NCBI RefSeq assembly: GCF_006345805.1 | Contig: NC_043013.1 | Location: 24,242,001-24,306,000, forward strand | Length of the DNA: 64,000 nt | Reading direction: 5' to 3' | From: Octopus sinensis | Taxonomy: Eukaryota | In this document: positions 12,357 to 25,820 of the stretch, piece after piece | Numbering within the stretch: position 1 is the first letter of the stretch | Layout: the number at the start of each line of letters is the position of its first letter | Notes under the pieces: generated by a model | Database searches by the model: none | The model's input: only the letters and a program-made list of their open reading frames with translations | What the model was told of the DNA's origin: nothing | Position numbers and translations under genes: made by a program

Positions 12357-14691
12357 TGTACTAGATATATAATATAATGAAGCAGGGGAGAAGAAGGTAC
12401 ATACACAATGCACTACTGTTCCTATTACATGAGACTCACCGCTCTGTATCAAAGGCTCACAATGAACTGCTACCAAAACAAACTGCCAATTGCTCAGAGT
12501 TCTTTGCTTTATAACAATGAGTCAGTCCACCTTTTAGTCACTTGAGGGGTGGCTGAAATTCTTCCACAACATCTACCATTTTTAGAATCAGTTTCTCCTA
12601 TCTTCTCCCCCTTTGAGAATTGAACTCTGCTTTGAGTTTTAATATCTCTTACACTTAGGGTTCAATTCCAGTGGAAAAAAATCAGCACACACTCAGATTT
12701 TATTACTTTTTTCTTAACGAACACAGTTGGTACTGCCCATTTAGAATATTCCACTTTTTGGTTAACTACAATTTTTTCTAGTCTCTCTAAGTTTATCTGT
12801 TCTAATGCTGTGAATGGTGCAGTTCAGTTCTGTTTAAATGTTGGTATGGTGTTTCCTTGTATTTTAAACCACACCTTTGTTTTGGTACACAAACCTACTT
12901 TATTGGACAGACTTTCAAGAAAAATATTAAAAAATGTTTTTTTATCAATTTGTACTGGAGGAAAAATCTTTTACCTTTTTACAAAAAAGATTTATGGGGA
13001 AATCCCACAAGTTAAACAATTTCATCCAGTCAGTACCAAACAAGTTTGTTGTATTATTTAAGGTTTTTTTTACGAAATGTAATATACCTATCAATTTGCC
13101 CTTAAAGCATAATTTTTTTCCTGAAACACCACAGGCGATTTTCAAGGTTTCATTTAATTTAAGTCTCCCAATCTTTTTCCATGTATCTGTGTTAATTATT
13201 GAGATGTTGCTGCCTATACCCAATTGCAACTTTACGTTGATTTTATTAATTTTTACATACACAAAACTTTCTTTGAGGCTTGCTCATATTTTTTGTCACC
13301 AAAAGTCCGTTTACATGATTTTTTTCTGTTAAGCCATTTTTTAGGTTCTGCCCTACAATGTGACTTTTTATGGCCTATTTTACCATATTTGTAGTATTTT
13401 ATATTTTTAAAATGTAGATCACCGCACCCATAACATGGGTTTGGTCTTGATTTTTTTTGTCTCTTTATTCGTTACCCATCGACACACTTGAATCTGAGAA
13501 CAAGCTTTCTCTTCAAATTTACCTGCATCATGTACAAGATTAATAATAATCCTTTGACATTCCTCTGTTACTGCCTGCAGAGTAAAATTTTGGTTCTAAT
13601 TTTGTTAATATCTAGGAATGTATATCTGCATCTTTGTTTGCAGTAAGCTCTTGTACAAAAATTAAAAACATGAATGTCTCTGAGGTCAACTCATTTTCAC
13701 ACTCTCTGTTAACCACCCTGGCATAGATGATGAAATCTTCATCATCTTTTTTAACCAAATTTAAATATTGCCAGCGAGTTTTGAACAGGGAACTTCTTCC
13801 ATTGAAAATTTTCAATAAAATATTATTTCATCAAAATAGATCTCACCTGTTTTCTTCAGCAGAATATAGTTGCTATATTTTTCATGTTCGGCAGGGAATA
13901 ACTTTATTATAAGTAGTCGTACTTTTTCACGTCGGACTGATTTTTACACTCTACTCTGAAGATTTCTTCGTATCTATGAAAATATGCAGAGAAGGCAATA
14001 CTTCCTTCTGGATTGTATTTGAATTCTCCAATTGAGTTTGCTGTCTGGCGAGAATGAACCTGAAGTATTTTCAGACTTCTTTAGCATTAATTCTAGCAAC
14101 CGTTGGTTTTGTTGTTGTAGTTGCTGCTGATGCTGCTGTTGCTGTTGCAACTGCACCAAGGAGGCCAATAAGTCTTCCATGTTAAAATGATTTTTTCTTT
14201 GGTATTTGTACCAAAACAAAAATATTTTAAATGTCCAACACAAGCTTCAAACAACCCAACATCACTTTTACCTCCTTGTATTGGATATATAACAAGAGGA
14301 AGAAAGTATATTCATGATGCACTGCTATTACTATTACACGGGACTCAACATTCTCTATCAAAGGCTCACAGTGAACTGCTACCAACATGAACTGCCAATT
14401 GCACACAATTCTTTATTTAATAACTTATTTCTTTACTGCCCACAAGGGGCTAAACAAGGGACAGAAGGGACAAACAAGGACAGACAAACAGATTAAGTCG
14501 ATTACACCGACCCCGAAAGGATGAAAGGCAAAGTCGACCTCGGTGGAATTTGAACTCAGAACGTAACAGCAGATGAAATATGGCTACACATTACGCCCGG
14601 CGTGCTAACGTTTCTGCCAGCTCGCCACCTTTTATTTAATAACAGTCCAGCTTTTAGTCACTTCAGGGGTGGCTGAAATCCTTCCACAACA
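12357..14691 (-). mobile_element. Internally deleted Gypsy-type LTR retrotransposon
   Basis: Diverged direct repeats 12357-12571 and 14277-14691 with TG..CA ends. Internal gag (poly-Q, FKTRWQYLNL, Cys knuckle), protease remnant (LQLGIGSNISII) and RT start (SKWAVPTVFVKK...VCADF). Purine tract near 12600. Confidence 0.8.
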
Positions 14692-14876
14692 ATTATCCAA
14701 TGTGTAGGATGTGATTTGAGGAGGGATTTGCCAAGCTATTTCCAGCAGATCGAGTCACCGTATAGAGGTTCCTTAGTTAAACAGTTGTAGTAGTCAGTAC
14801 TTATCGACCAGATATTTAGTTTCATATCAATATTTAGTGTTGATTTATCAATAAGAAATATGAATATTTAACTTAC

Positions 14877-15031
14877 CTGCCAAATAGCCAAATAGAAGAT
14901 ATTTCAGAGAAAACCAGTTCTGCTTGTCTGTGGGGACTATGTTCTTAAGGGTGTTGAATACATAGAAATATATTAAGTAAGAGGACCACAGGGTGAGCAT
15001 TGTCGAACAGAAACCCCGATAGACTGCAAAA
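14877..15031 (-). CDS. SLC25A17: SLC25A17 exon 4 (FAVYRGFCSTMLTLWSSYLIYFYVFNTLKNIVPTDKQNWFSLKYLLFGYLA)
   Basis: Acceptor ttttctcag, donor GTAAGT, 155 nt. YRG and YFY.FN.LK motifs match PMP34. Confidence 0.93.
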
Positions 15032-17687
15032 CTGAGAAAATTTTTGAGAACATAGAAAAAAATATTTAAGATTTATTTACTTGAAAATTATATAATAAAG
15101 AAAATGATTTTTTTTTTTTTTTACTTAAATGTAACTATCATTAATGTTTTTGTGGGCCGAAAGTAGTAAGATTGTTAGAGTGCTGGAGAAAATGCTTTGT
15201 TGCACTTATTTTGAATCATGACATTCTGAGATCAAACCCTACCAAGGTCAACTTCACTTTTTGTCCCTCCAGGGTCAAAAACTGGGGTTTATGATACAAA
15301 CTAATACCCATCCCTTCAAAATTGCTAACTGCTAACCTTGTGCCTACATTAGAAAGAATTACTACACTTGCATCTCCTTTCTATCACGCTCATAAATATT
15401 TCACAGACCAGTTTTATCCACCTTCTCTTATTTCATCAGCAATGTTTTATCTTAACGAAGAAACAAATCAACCTGGATTTGTGATATCTTTCTAAATCAA
15501 CTAATTACCTCAAGACAAATGTTTGTCTCAGTAAAAACATGTGCCTTGTCAAAAAAGCATTTTTACAGAAATATTAATTTCTATCAAGGAATTAACTTAA
15601 ATTAAAGTGTTACATTTTATTGCAACAATGAACTCCAGAACATATCTAGAGATTATATGAATATTCTTTTATTCTTGACACAGTCATTTGACTACAGCCA
15701 TGCTGGAGCACCACCTTTAGTCGAACAAATTGATTGCAGGACTTATTCTTTGTAAACCTAGTACCTATTCTATCAGTCACTTTTGCTGAACCCCTAAGTT
15801 ATGGGGATGTAAACACCAATGTTAGTTGTCAAGCGGTGGTGTGGAGGACAAATACAAACACACAGACATCTACATACATACATATGACAAGCTTCTTTCA
15901 ATTTCCATCTACCAAATCCACTCACAAGGCTTTGGTTGGCCCGAGGTTATAGTAAAAGACACTGGCCCCCACACCTGTGCCTATATGGATTTTTTGTTTA
16001 TACAGGTATCACTGAATATTATTTTGACAGTAAATATCTGTTTGCTTTATTAAGGCGGCAAGCTGGAAGAATCGTTAGCACGCCAGGCAAAGTGCTCAGT
16101 GACATTTCATTCATCTTTAAGTTCTGAGTTCAAATTCTGTCAAGATCGACTTTGCTTTTCATCCTGTTGGGTTCGATGAAATAAGTACCAGTTACATACT
16201 GGGGTTAATGTCATTGACTACCTCCCTCCTCCAAAATTTCAGACCATATGCCTGTAGTCATCATCATCATCAATCGTTTGATGTTTACTTTCCACGCTAG
16301 CATGGGTTGGACGATTTGACTGAGGACTGGTGAACCAGATGGCTGCACCAGGCTCCATTCTGATCTGGCAGAGTTTCTACAGCTGGATGCCCTTCCTAAT
16401 GCCAACCACTCTGAGAGTGTAGTGGGAGCTTTTACGTGCCACCGGCACAAGGGCCCATCAGGTGGAACTGGCAACGGCCATGCTCAAGTGGTGTTTTTTA
16501 TGTGCCACCTGCACAGGGGTTATTATAATCTAACAGTATTTAAAGTGGAAATGATAAATATTGACAACCTGACAAAATGGAGGATTACAATGGAATTGGA
16601 GATTTATTTATGAAACTCTACAAAACAAACACAACAGCAGGAGTGGCTGTGTGGTAAGTAGCTTGCTAACCAGCCACATGGTTCCGGGTTCAGTCCCACT
16701 GCATGGCATCTTGGGCAAGTGTCTTCTGCTATAGCCCCGGGCCGACCAAAGCCTTGTGAGTGGATTTGGTAGACGGAAACTGAAAGAAGCCTGTCGTATA
16801 TGTATATGTATATATATGTATGTATGTGTGTGTGTTTGTGTGTGTGTTTGTGTGTCTGTGTTTGTCCCCCTAGCATTGCTTGACAACCGATGCTGGTGTG
16901 TTTACGTCCCCTTCACTTAGCGGTTCGGCAAAAGAGACCGATAGAATAAGTACTGGGCTTACAAAGAATAAGCCCCGGGGTCGATTTGCTCGACTAAAGG
17001 CGGTGCTCCAGCATGGCCGCAGTCAAATGACTGAAACAAGTAAAAGAGTAAAAGAGTAAGAGTAATATCTATCATATTCAATGTATATATACCAGTGATA
17101 GGCAAGTTAGTGCAGTATTTGTCCTGCTATAACATGTCTTATGGATATGCTGAGTTAAAAACAATAAATATTGGAAGGAGACAAAAACAATCATCCCAGC
17201 TGTGGTCAGGGAGAGTGCCAGATGCATTTCTAAGCGTTTCCAATGATGTTTATTTGCAACCATGTCAGATGATATTGGAAACAGTGAAAAAAACATTCAC
17301 TGATGTTGCAAGTAGTTGCCCAGCTGAATAAAAATCCAGTATATGCTATTGAAACAGTATGAAGTTAAAATGGCCATCTATGTATCATAATCAATGTATA
17401 TATTTTCACTGCTAATAGGGCCCCAAAATGCCAAAATGCACTGCAAAAGCAATTTATTGTCTCCCTCCAATATTTATTGTGTTTTTAATGCACCACATCC
17501 ATAAGAGATAGCATCTCAAGATGAATCATGCAATAACTGGCCTATCAATGGTGTATATACATTAGATATGATACACAGATGTTTGATTTAATTTAATACT
17601 GCTTCAGTTGTGTCTAATGAAACCCTGGTAAGAGCCTGGAAGATTCAATTGTGATCAGATTTATAGATGATAAAAGTTCCTACTTAC

Positions 17688-17754
17688 ATTCCTTCTTCAC
17701 GAACAATTTTCTTTAAGAGAGGAAACGTTTTTTTCTTTTGGCCATCATTATCAA
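17688..17754 (-). CDS. SLC25A17: SLC25A17 exon 3 (VDNDGQKKKTFPLLKKIVREEG)
   Basis: Acceptor ccttaccag, donor GTAAGT, 67 nt, in frame with exons 2 and 4. IVREEG carrier motif. Confidence 0.92.
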
Positions 17755-18259
17755 CTGGTAAGGAAAGATAATTAATGATAACTTATTGGTCTTCAGTAGG
17801 TAAAGAATTTGGGCTGTGTGTGTGTACTGTTTATCAACTCATTAAGTACGTAACTCTTAAAATAATTTCTATAATGTTCTTAGAAAACAACAAGTTGGCA
17901 GACCAGCTCTGGCTCTGTGAGGTCTGAGTTCAGATTCATCATGGGCCAACTTTGATTAACATTCTTTCTAGGTCAATAAATAAGGAACCATTTCAATACT
18001 GGAATCAACTAGTCTTCCCTATAATTTTCTCAGGAAGAAATAGTCTGAGTTTAGACCTTCAGAGGGATGGGCTCAAGAGTGAGATACTCTGTTCATATTT
18101 AAAGGGTACATTAAAGAAATTGCTTAAATTTCCAGAAAAATGTAATTATGAATGGTAAAGAAACAAAATAAAAATGACATTCAATGACTTTTAAAAAAAA
18201 TATAAGAAGAGAAAGGTATTACTTCAGCATGACCATGACTGCAATGGTTATCTGCAATC

Positions 18260-18486
18260 GAGCTGGCAGAATCGTTAGCATGCCAGGCGAAATGCGTAGC
18301 CGTATTTCGTCTGCCGTTACGTTCTGAGTTCAAATTCCGCCGAGGTCGACTTTACCTTTCATCTTTTCGGGGTCGATTAAATAAGTACCAGTTACGCACT
18401 GGGGTCGATATAATCGACTTAATCCGTTTGTTTGTCCTTGTTTGTCCTCTCTGCGTTTAGCCCTTTGTGGGTAGTAAAGAAATAGG
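18260..18486 (+). mobile_element. tRNA-derived SINE family B (other copies: 14425-14630 -, 16052-16255 +, 25297-25504 +, 25937-26170 -, 57497-57707 +)
   Basis: GAGCTGGCAGAATCGTTAGC...GAGTTCAAATTCC...GTCGACTTTGCCTTTCATCC core shared among copies. Confidence 0.88.
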
Positions 18487-18514
18487 TTATCTGCAATCCT
18501 TTCTGCAGATTACC

Positions 18515-20560
18515 TTAATGATGATAAACAATGACATTCTCATCATGGCAGGAGACTTCAATGGCCATTTTGGAAAACATGAATATCAGAGACTTGAGGT
18601 GTTGCAGATTGCCAGAGAGTGTTTTTTGAGAGAATCATGACGTTGGGGAGAAGTGTGTACAGGCAGATAATGGTACACTTGCTCTTAGTGATCCTCAAAA
18701 GAAGAGCTACTATGAAAGGCTATTCAATGTAGAGAATGAAAGGGAGAAAGGGAATCTTCCTTACGTGAACCCAACAGAGGGACCAGTTGACAGCAGTATG
18801 ATAAATAAGGCAATTAGAGATATAAAGACAAGGAAGCCTCTGGTCCATCAGGAGTCACTGCTAAGATGCTCAAGATATCTGGTAGAATTGGACACAGTCT
18901 AGTCACCCATATAGTTAATCAAGTTATTCTTAATGGTGTAATCCCCATGGACTGGAGCAACAGTATCATAGTCAAAGGCAAAGGAGATGCCTTGGATAGA
19001 AGTAATAATTGTAGAGGCATCAAATTGCTGGACCAAGTGATGACAGTTACAGAGAGAGTTATAGCCCAGTTAATTAGGAACAGAATTAGACCAGAGGAAA
19101 TGCAGTTCAGCTTTGTCCCAGGAAGAAGAACCACTGATGCTATTTTCATGGTCGGGCAACTGCAAGCAAAGTATTTAGCTAAGAACAAGCTGTTGTACTT
19201 GGCAGTTGTTGATCTAGAAAAAAACCTTCAACAGAGTACCTCACTCTATGATATGGTGCTCTCTGAGGAAGCTTGGGATAGACAGATGGCTTGTGAAAGC
19301 AGTACAGGCCATGTACAAAAGTGCTGTTAGTAAGGTAAGATTTGGCCATGGGTACAGTGATGAATTTAGGGTACAGGTAGGTGTACACCAAAGTTTGTTC
19401 TTTAGGGAGCTCCCTCCAATTTATCATTGTCCTCTAGGCCATAACAGAGGGATTTAAGACTGGAAGCCTATGGGAATTACTGTATGTTGGGGATCTTGCC
19501 CTCATAACAGTATCTGCAATAGAATTAGAAAAGAAATTCCAGGTGTGGAAACAGAACCTGGAATCAAAAGGTCTTAAAATAAACTTAGCAAAGACCAAGG
19601 TTCTATTAAGCAAGAAATTGGAGAGGATACTTCACCTTTCAAGTAAAGGGTGTATGTAGAAATTCCATTTGGTGTACCCAGTGCAAGCTATGGACACAAA
19701 GGGGGTGTAGCGGAATAGTAGGAAGGGTGGCAGAGAAATTAGTGTTTGTGTGTAGAGGAGCCATAAAGGCCACAGATACATGGGAAACTAATTTTCTCAA
19801 AATCCCCGATGGCTCTCTGGAAGTTGTAGATACCATTTGCTACTTAAGTGGCCTAATAAGCAGTGGAGAAGGTTGTACATAAAGTGTAAGATTAGGGTGG
19901 AGGAAGTTCAGAGAGCTTTTACCTCTGTTGGCAGCCAAGGGTCTCTTTCTCCGAATGAAGGGAAGATTGTATGATCTATATGTATGAACTGTGATGGTGC
20001 ATGGTGGTGAGATGTGGTAATGAATATAGAGGGCAAAAGAAAGCTGGAGAGGAACAAAGCTGGTATGCTTTATTGGATGTACAGTGTCAGTGTTCATGTG
20101 TGACAGAGCACCGATGTATTGAAAGGGAAGTTGGAAATAAGAGGAATTATACGCAGTGTGCAAGAGAAGAGATTGCACTGGTTTGGTCATGTGATGCAGA
20201 TGGATGGGGATAATTGCATGAAGAAAAGCTGGGAAGTTGTGGAAGGAAAGACATGGGAGGAAAATGCTGAATCTTACGGAAATGTGAGAGAATTGAGATA
20301 TGTGGCTCATTGCTGTACTCAAGAAACCCCACCCACCACAACAGAATTGATATCTGAAGACCAAGGTACCATGTAAAAGGCACCCAGTACACTCTGCAAA
20401 GTGGTTGGTGATTAGGAAGGGCATCCAGCTGTAGAAACCATGCCAAAATAGACTATGGAACCTAGGGTGGCCCCTGGCCTTGCCAGTTCCTGCCAAGCCA
20501 GCTAACCCATGCCAGCATGGAAAATGGACGTTAAAGGTTGATGATGACGATGATGATTGT
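18515..20560 (+). mobile_element. Older, degenerate RTE LINE copy (SLC25A17 intron 2)
   Basis: Homologous to 8940-11104 (GIKLLDQVM.VTERVIAQ, GRRTTDAIF), with many indels and the same 3' tail. Confidence 0.9.
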
Positions 20561-21460
20561 TCCCTGAAAACTTACATTATCCTTCAGGTTAAACTGAGAT
20601 TGCCATTTAAATGCGAACACTTTAGCGGGCACATAGGTTAAACAAACAACAACCAAACAATTTACGAGTGTACAGCCACCACATACATGTATGTGTACTT
20701 GCACGTGTATATGAATATGGGTGTGTTGTTTACTTCTACATAAGCCTACTCAATCCCTGATTGATTAGACCTATGGTCAATGCCATTCCAACTATTAATA
20801 TTCTGTCTGTTTCTTCAATATACTGCACCATAGATCATACAATCCAATGTATCATTCTTTTTCAAGAGGGATTTGGCTGCTATTTGCAGCAGGTAGAGCA
20901 ATCATGTAGAAAAAACGGTTGCCAACGTTTCTGTAACCCCACCATCTCACCCTATGCTTAATGTACACGACATCTTTAATACTGAATGGCTATCTCTTAA
21001 ATGCTATTGACAGTGTATCTGCGTTTCTCTCGCCCTCATGACTGATTGCCGTCCGAAGGGAGATAATTCTGAACTTATTTGTTACACGATACTAACGCGA
21101 CTGTTGTCATGATAGACACTTGTCAATTTTTAATATCAACAAACGTTACATCACTCATTAACTGATAATAAAAACAGTATTCTGGTTTCAAACATTGCCC
21201 CAGCTTCTAGAAGTATTAACTTCTTGAAAATATTACTATAACTGGAATTCCACAATTTGAAATGTATTTCCCGTTTATTCCAAATTTAATGATTTCCATG
21301 CAAACATAGAAGTCATTAGAAAATGGGTTTCCTCTCACAGACTCCCACATTTCAGCAAGAATTTGAAAAATAAAATCTTTCACCAATGCAAGTGGATGTC
21401 TGTATTGATACAAGTGAGAAATTTGTTATACTTTATTTGAATTCAATATTATATTGAATC

Positions 21461-21626
21461 CAATTGCAGCGTGGAAGGTGTTTGTAAGCCATTTAAGAAA
21501 CACACAAAAGCCGTTCGATTCACTTCAACATTTAAGTTTAATTTGTTAAACTTAAATGTTGAAGTGAATCGAACGGCTTTTGTGTGTTTCTTAAATGGCT
21601 TACAAACACCTTCCACGCTGCAATTG
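21461..21626. repeat. Perfect 166-bp palindrome (4-nt loop)
   Basis: CAATTGCAGCGTGG...TTTAA-TTTG-TTAAA...CCACGCTGCAATTG. Confidence 0.95.
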
Positions 21627-22242
21627 TTTTCGTTTCAGCACACGATCTCAGATCAAATCACTTGCTATGCGAGTTCATCTCCGTAATCTTTATATTGAAT
21701 ATTTTTATTTTATCCTTTCAGGGTGGATAAAATAAAGAATCAATTGTGTACTGGGGTGGATAACATCAACCAATCCCCTCCCCTCAAAATTATGCCTAAA
21801 TCAGAGATCATTATTTTGTATAAACATTTTGAAATTTGAATGTTTATTGCACCGACAGGATACTATCAAATACTTCCAATGTTGTCACAAGATGGGCAAC
21901 CCTCACTTGAGTGAGTGGTAAGTAACACTTCACAACACACTTCACTTCAATCTATGATGCAATCTATTACAACACCTCAATTATACCCCAATATAACACT
22001 GGTACAGACGATCCCTCATCATCTTGTGTTTGTGTGTGCATGTGTGTGTGTTCACATACGTGTGAGTTTTGAGTAAAAAGACCAGATAAATTCTACATAA
22101 GTCTATTACACGGAAGAATGCGAGCAAGAGAAATAATATTCTTAAGATAATAAATCTGGAAAAGTACAGGACAAGTTATTACACCTGGTAAGGTACAGAA
22201 CAAGGAAAGTTTTGCTTAAAATATTGCAGCTGTTTGTGTGTA

Positions 22243-22283
<41 letters not shown>

Positions 22284-22522
22284 AAGTGTGCATGTATATA
22301 TGTAAAGTGTATATTTATATGAACTGGCCTGCTCACTTAGCCAGCAGGGTGGCGTAATTTGAAGGCTAAAACAATGCAAAGCGCATTGTGACCAGTGATG
22401 TGTAGCAACATCTGATAGTCTGGTCGGTCACGGTGATATTTCTATGAAATAGATTCAATATGTCTTCATCATAAAACATACTGAATAACACAAATAATGG
22501 TCAACAAACGAATATTTCTTAC

Positions 22523-22583
22523 CTTGAATTTGTGTTCTTGCAGTTTCAAGCGGATAACAAATGGCTAATGATATAACACCACC
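22523..22583 (-). CDS. SLC25A17: SLC25A17 exon 2 (GGVISLAICYPLETARTQIQ)
   Basis: Acceptor tttcaacag, donor GTAAG, 61 nt. Contains the carrier signature PxExxR. Confidence 0.93.
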
Positions 22584-22653
22584 CTGTTGAAATAAAATTA
22601 CAGATGAATAGACATACCACACAATGCCGTAGAGGTATAAACAAACATACACA

Positions 22654-22685
<32 letters not shown>

Positions 22686-24363
22686 TACACATGTACATGA
22701 ATAAGTATATATAAGCAGAAAGAGTGCAATTAGATGCTGCTGCTCATGTGGATGTAAGTACTCAATATCCATCCACAAAGAGTGTTTCTGTATATGTCTG
22801 ACGATAGTTGATACAGAATTATGATTTCACACTGATGTTCAAGTACTAAACTTAAACTCATTTCCAATTAAATGAAGGACCAGTCAAGTAGAGGAACAGA
22901 TGAATTTTAATGTTCATTCAATCAAAAATATGTGAACTTCAGTCATGAAGTTCCTTTGAGCAGTCTCTTCTAAATTATCTCTTAACTCCCCATCCTGTCC
23001 AATGCTTTCTTCAGCTATTTCCTCACAATGCCTTACTAATTCTGTTCTAATTTTTCATTCTAAGCCCCTCTACAAACTGTTGTTTAATGACTGCCCCATC
23101 AGTTTCTACTTATCTCCAGGTAAACAATGCATTCAACTTCTAGTAATGGGTTTCTGTACATTTATCTTATCAATAGATTGACCGTACAGATCACAAGCCT
23201 AAAGTCTTTATAGCAAACTACTCCAAAATGTACACAGAGGTTTCAATACTAGGCCATTACCATAACAAAGACTAAGTACAATCTGGATTTGCCCAAATCC
23301 ATATTGATGGATCCAGGTAATATAGTTGATGTCTTTGAGTCAGTTGGAAATGTTTCAACAAATTTAAGAGATTCTCATATTTCTAAGTACAATGTATTAG
23401 TCCAATCCTTGGTCTCAGTGTGTATCTAGGATACAGTTCCATTTGCTACAAATACCAATGAATAAGATTTACCAAGAAAAGCCTCCAGATGTCAGTACCT
23501 TGAGAGAAAAGTTGGACCTAAGAAGCATCAGTTGCGGTGTGCAAGAGAGACGTTTGCGCTGGTATGGTCATGTAGCACAGAAGCAAGTCAATTTTTTAAA
23601 TAATTTCCGTAACTCCTACTAAATGTGTTGGGTGCCCTTTTGTTTGTCCACTTCATTATATCTAATATAATAAATGCGAAAACAAATTTCTGTGTTTCAG
23701 TGTGCCACACTTTGACCCCCTGACACTTCTACTATTCCTTGTGATGGGGTGAGAGTAATAGTAGACACAGAGACAGTGAGGGTGGTGGCGAAGACAGACA
23801 GAGAGAGAAAGAAAAAGAGAGAGAAAGAGAGACAAAGAAATTTAGTGAGAGTTGATGATGTTTTATTAAAAGTAGTAGTGTTGATGGTAGTTGTGGGAGT
23901 AATAATAAGAGAGAGAGAGAGAAAGAGTGGGTATGTGAGAGAAAGAGAGAGAGATGATGTACAACTTTGTTTAACCAGGTCTCTTTGACAGAAATTCCTG
24001 TGGCCAACATACTGAACACTATCATTTTTGTTTTATTTTTTACTTTCATTAATACACATGTATATATACATATATACACATACACACATACATATATATA
24101 TATAAAATACACTTTAGTTGAAATAGAGTTTCCCTAAAATTAAACATATCTAATATAATAAATGTGAATGTCAGCGTGTCATACATTTTCAGTTTTACTC
24201 CTTGAGGCTGTAGCCCAACATATCATAGCATTTTGGAATCAGGCTGACTCCGTGAGTAAATTAAAAACATTCAAGGCTGAATCCAGACCCACAATCCTGG
24301 AATTCTGGATTCCCAAGTCTTCATAAAAAGCTGATGGGGCGGCTTTTAAGTTGTTACATAGAT

Positions 24364-24419
<56 letters not shown>

Positions 24420-24658
24420 ACGTATATATTTACTTATATATGTAAATAGTAAGGGATTACTCCAAACGTTTAATATATGTGTATATATTTATGTGTGTGT
24501 GCATGCACTCATATATACGCATACATCTTTATACACACCTAAGCATGTGCACACGTATACTCGTGTGTATGTATATGTGAATGTTTGAACGTGTCTGTGT
24601 GAAATCTTTAGAATATGTTATTCTTTGGTTGAAAAAAGGGATAATACTTTGGAAACAA

Positions 24659-25055
24659 GGCGCAGGAGTGTGGTAAGTAGCTTGCTAACCAGCCACATGG
24701 TTCCGGGTTCAGTCCCACTGCGTGGCATCTTGGGCAAGTGTCTTCTGCTATAGCCCCGGGCCGACCAATGCCTTGTGAGTGGATTTGGTAGACGGAAACT
24801 GAAAGAAGCCTGTCGTATATATGTATATATATATAAGTGTGTCTGTATATGTTTGTGTGCCTGTGTTTGTCCCCCTGGCTTTGCTTGACAACCGATGCTG
24901 GTGTGTTTACGTCCCCGCCACTTAGCGGTTCGGCAAAAGAGACTGATAGAATAAGTACTGGGCTTACAAAGAATAAGTCCCGGGGTCGATTTGCTTGACT
25001 AAAGGCGGTGCTCCAGCATGGCCGCAGTCAAATGACTGAAACAAGTAAAAGAGTA
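24659..25055 (+). mobile_element. tRNA-derived SINE family A, full length (other copies: 217-331 +, 16637-17064 +, 37136-37417 -, 41188-41583 -, 44504-44890 +, 63680-64000 +)
   Basis: Head GGCGCAGGAGTG(GCTGTG)TGGTAAG...GGTTCAGTCCC (A/B boxes), internal microsatellite, tail ACAAGTAAAAGAGTA. Near-identical copies across the window. Confidence 0.9.
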
Positions 25056-25514
25056 TATATCTATATATTTGTGTGTGTGTGTGTTTGAAACAAATAAACT
25101 AAATACAATTTACTATAAAATTTTACAGTTTTATTTTGATTAAGATACCAGCTGCTTACAGCAGAACAAGACTTTTTACTATAAGTTAGCCCACATTTAC
25201 CGTCTCTGGCCGCTACTCACTCCCATTCTGTTTGTGTTATTTATTTTTACCTTGTGTGACAGACGAGACACAATGTGTTTTATTATATGTAAGATTAGGG
25301 TTAGCATGCTGGGCGAAATGCTTAGCCGTATTTCGTCTGCTGTTAGGTTGTGAGTTCAAATTCTGCCGAGGTCGACTTTGCCTTTCATCCTTTTGGGGTC
25401 TATGAATTTAGTACCAGTTACGCACTGGGTTGATGTAATTGACTTAATCCGTTTGTCCTTGTTTGTTCCCTCTATGTTTAGCCCCTTGTGGGCAATAAAG
25501 AAATATATATGTAA

Positions 25515-25820
25515 CTAGCAGTATCACCCGGCGTTGCTCAGGTTTGTAAGGGAAATAACTATATAAGCATTTTTAGAGAGTTACTTCCCTTATATAAAAC
25601 CGAGCGAAAAATGGATTAAAAATGGGGAAAAATGATGGTAAATTTTTTTAAAAATCGTTGACTCATCGTAGACGCGCGCTAATACCCAGAAGGGCTCGAT
25701 ATGAATCACGACTATAAGGTACCCGCTTTTGGTTAAACTGCACCGCAAAATGTGGGAGTAGTTAGGAATCTAAATCGGAGTAGACAGACACACACACAAC
25801 TACAGTTTTATATATAAAGA
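25515..25820 (-). mobile_element. Non-autonomous Helitron
   Basis: Minus strand: A|TCTTTATATATAAA ... GC-rich hairpin CCTGAGCAACGCCGGG ... CTAG|T, no TSD. Confidence 0.8.
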
